Part shown: positions 24,665 through 26,179 of the stretch, piece by piece
Layout of the letters: the number at the start of each line of letters is the position of its first letter
Position numbering within the stretch: position 1 is the first letter of the stretch
Source of the DNA: Thermoproteaceae archaeon
GTDB taxonomy: Archaea; Thermoproteota; Thermoprotei; Thermoproteales; Thermoproteaceae
Direction of reading: 5' to 3'
Assembly: GCA_020833025.1 (NCBI GenBank)
Contig: JAJHRB010000016.1
Location: 1-26,179 of the forward strand
Length of the DNA stretch: 26,179 nucleotides
The notes under the pieces: model-generated
Seen by the model: only the letters and a program-made list of their open reading frames with translations
Told to the model about the DNA's origin: nothing
The model's database searches: none
Made by a program: the position numbers and the translations under genes

Positions 24665-26016
24665 ACTCCTACTGCGTGCAGGGAGTGCAATATATTTCCA
24701 GAACCTTCTTTTTGAGGCTCTCTCGCTGCCCTCAGACTCTCCGGAGCGTTCCCCCGCTGGCGCGGAAACGCCAGCGGGGCTGGGCCTGGGCGCGGGATCA
24801 CTAGCGTCGCCCGCGCCGCATGGGCCCCCGTCGGGGCCAACGCCACAAAGCCCCCCATCTGGAGGTGCCTGAGGCCGATGTTTACGGCGGCCATGACGTC
24901 GCGCTCCCACACCTCCCCGCGCGCCTTCCCCACCCTCAGGCGCATCTTCACGGGGCGGGCGCGCCCAGACGCCCCCCTCACCGCAGTGCGGATCACAAGG
25001 GGGCGGAAGCTTATGCGGGCGCCCGAGGGGGTGCGCGAGGAGGTTCCAGACTCAGCCACCTCAACGACATGCACCGGCTTTTCGTCAAGCAGTTTCACCA
25101 GAGCCCTCACGCTCCACTGGTGTATGCGGTGTCTAAGCTTTCTGCCTTTATCCTCTCCCATCTTCTCTTTGGCTCTATGCGTGATTCTGCCAATGACCAC
25201 AACGGCGTTGTGCTCTTCTGCAAGCCGCTCAATAAATTTGGCCACTTTTCTCACAACATCCAGCTTCCGCCCCCTCTCGCGGAACTTCTTCAACTTGGTC
25301 CTCACCTCGCGGTCAGATGTATGATGCCCCTCTGTGATTTTCTTCCTCCTCTCCGCGTACGCGATGACCATGTAGCCGAGCCCGGTTTCTAACCGCAACA
25401 CTCCCCTAAGCACTCCGCCGACAAACACCGCTGCCGTTACGTTGTTCTCGTTTACGTCAACCGCCACGACGTTCCGCGGGTCTGGATCCACGTCGAAGTC
25501 TCTCTTGAAGGTCAAGTACGCGACCCAATGCTTCCCCCTCCTCCTCAGCTTCAGCTCCTCCGCCAGCCTCCACCCGCCGTAGAGATATCTATGCAGCTGC
25601 TTGTGCCCGGAGCAGCGGAGCTCCACCCACCTCCCGCCGATTCTCAGCTTCAACATCCCGCCCTCAAGCCTCCAGTCTCGTGAGTCCGAAAACGTGAGAG
25701 CAACGCGCCTGACCTCCGGCATTTCGGTATACGCCCTGCCCCGCTTCTTCGCGGCTCTAAACGACTTGGCTCTCCTCGCGGCGTCGCGGTACGCGCCCTT
25801 TATGAGCCTCGTCGGCAGCCAGGGGTACTCCCGGCGGAACCTAGCGTAGAAGGCCTTGTGGAGCGCCGCCTGAGATGCGTTATGCCTAACGGCGTATTCC
25901 ACCATCTCCTCAAGCATCCTCTTGTACGCGCCTTCAGCCATCCTCAAAACCCAGCGCGTGTGCCGGTTCCCGAAGCAGTTGACTGCGACAGTTCTAGTCA
26001 GAGTCTTAGACGGCAT
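24568..26016 (-). CDS. tnpB: TnpB-family RNA-guided nuclease, rearranged RuvC, no Zn finger; C-terminus reads through into host DNA
   Basis: RuvC-I VAVD187VNEN, RuvC-II VVVIG276RI, E322 in VAESGTSS, RuvC-III ERD373VMAAVNI. Confidence 0.92.
   Translation of the reverse strand: MPSKTLTRTVAVNCFGNRHTRWVLRMAEGAYKRMLEEMVEYAVRHNASQAALHKAFYARFRREYPWLPTRLIKGAYRDAARRAKSFRAAKKRGRAYTEMPEVRRVALTFSDSRDWRLEGGMLKLRIGGRWVELRCSGHKQLHRYLYGGWRLAEELKLRRRGKHWVAYLTFKRDFDVDPDPRNVVAVDVNENNVTAAVFVGGVLRGVLRLETGLGYMVIAYAERRKKITEGHHTSDREVRTKLKKFRERGRKLDVVRKVAKFIERLAEEHNAVVVIGRITHRAKEKMGEDKGRKLRHRIHQWSVRALVKLLDEKPVHVVEVAESGTSSRTPSGARISFRPLVIRTAVRGASGRARPVKMRLRVGKARGEVWERDVMAAVNIGLRHLQMGGFVALAPTGAHAARATLVIPRPGPAPLAFPRQRGNAPESLRAAREPQKEGSGNILHSLHAVGVCSARAEMGRGAASGLPPLTSATTSLTSVTTR
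24752..24779 (-). other. Perfect 11-bp hairpin, candidate element right end / 3' omegaRNA scaffold stem
   Basis: CCCCGCTGGCG-(6 nt)-CGCCAGCGGGG, ~120 nt downstream of the RuvC-III codons of tnpB. Confidence 0.6.
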
Positions 26017-26179
26017 TTGGTTGCGCCGCCGAGCACCCGCTCAACCTCGCTGTAGGGAATCCTCCACCTCCCGTGGACGTTGTACGCCGTAATTTTGCCG
26101 GTCTTGATCCATTTAATTACCGTCACCCTGGCCACGCCCAACACTTTGCAAACTCCCTAGTACCTAGATACCTCTCGGC
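25998..26179 (-). pseudogene. MerR/excisionase-like HTH-only ORF upstream of tnpB (5' truncated, apparent frameshift)
   Basis: AERYLGTRE / VCKVLGVARVTVIKWIKTGKITAYNVHGRWRIPYSEVERVLGG resembles the HTH of IS607 TnpA; the two parts are in different frames near 26153; no resolvase domain; stop overlaps the tnpB start. Confidence 0.7.

Noticed and set aside
24665-24910. 82-aa N-terminal extension of hisC
   Set aside because: Derived from the tnpB 3' end/hairpin region; a promoter and ATG fit at 24664.
1-26179. CRISPR array, tRNA or rRNA genes
   Set aside because: No regularly spaced 24-40-bp repeats, no T-loop/cloverleaf pattern and no rRNA signature seen by eye.
22895-26179. Composite transposon carrying hisC between two tnpB elements
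   Set aside because: The two elements have unrelated end hairpins and divergent proteins and face each other; independent insertions are the simpler explanation.

Overview
GC-rich (~60%) crenarchaeal chromosome segment, Thermoproteaceae-like (Pyrobaculum/Thermoproteus type), judged from gene order, leaderless TATA-promoter architecture and a PaRep2-family ORF. It is mostly housekeeping: 3' end of aIF6, rpl18a-pfdA-ftsY-secE, spt5-rpl11-rpl1-rplP0-mvk, a sugar nucleotidyltransferase, tRNA-binding domain-uppS-DedA-metG, hypE, a core MetE-like enzyme, rps5-rpl30, an M50 protease and hisC. Accessory content: (i) a ~1.75-kb insertion with its own promoter, encoding a PaRep2/LAGLIDADG-like protein, that splits a radical SAM gene just after the CxxxCxxC motif; removing 17290-19037 restores a 350-aa frame, and joining the insert's ends makes an in-frame TAA for its own ORF; (ii) a probable C/D-box sRNA whose promoter and 5' half are duplicated at the start of spt5; (iii) an intact-looking TnpB with a rearranged RuvC and no Zn finger, preceded by an HTH-only ORF, plus a decayed IS200/IS605 tnpB element and an orphan IS605-type end; (iv) a ParA/MinD ATPase + large Ig-like surface protein cluster. 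No tRNA, rRNA or CRISPR array was seen. All assignments come from reading motifs by eye; no database search or folding program was run.
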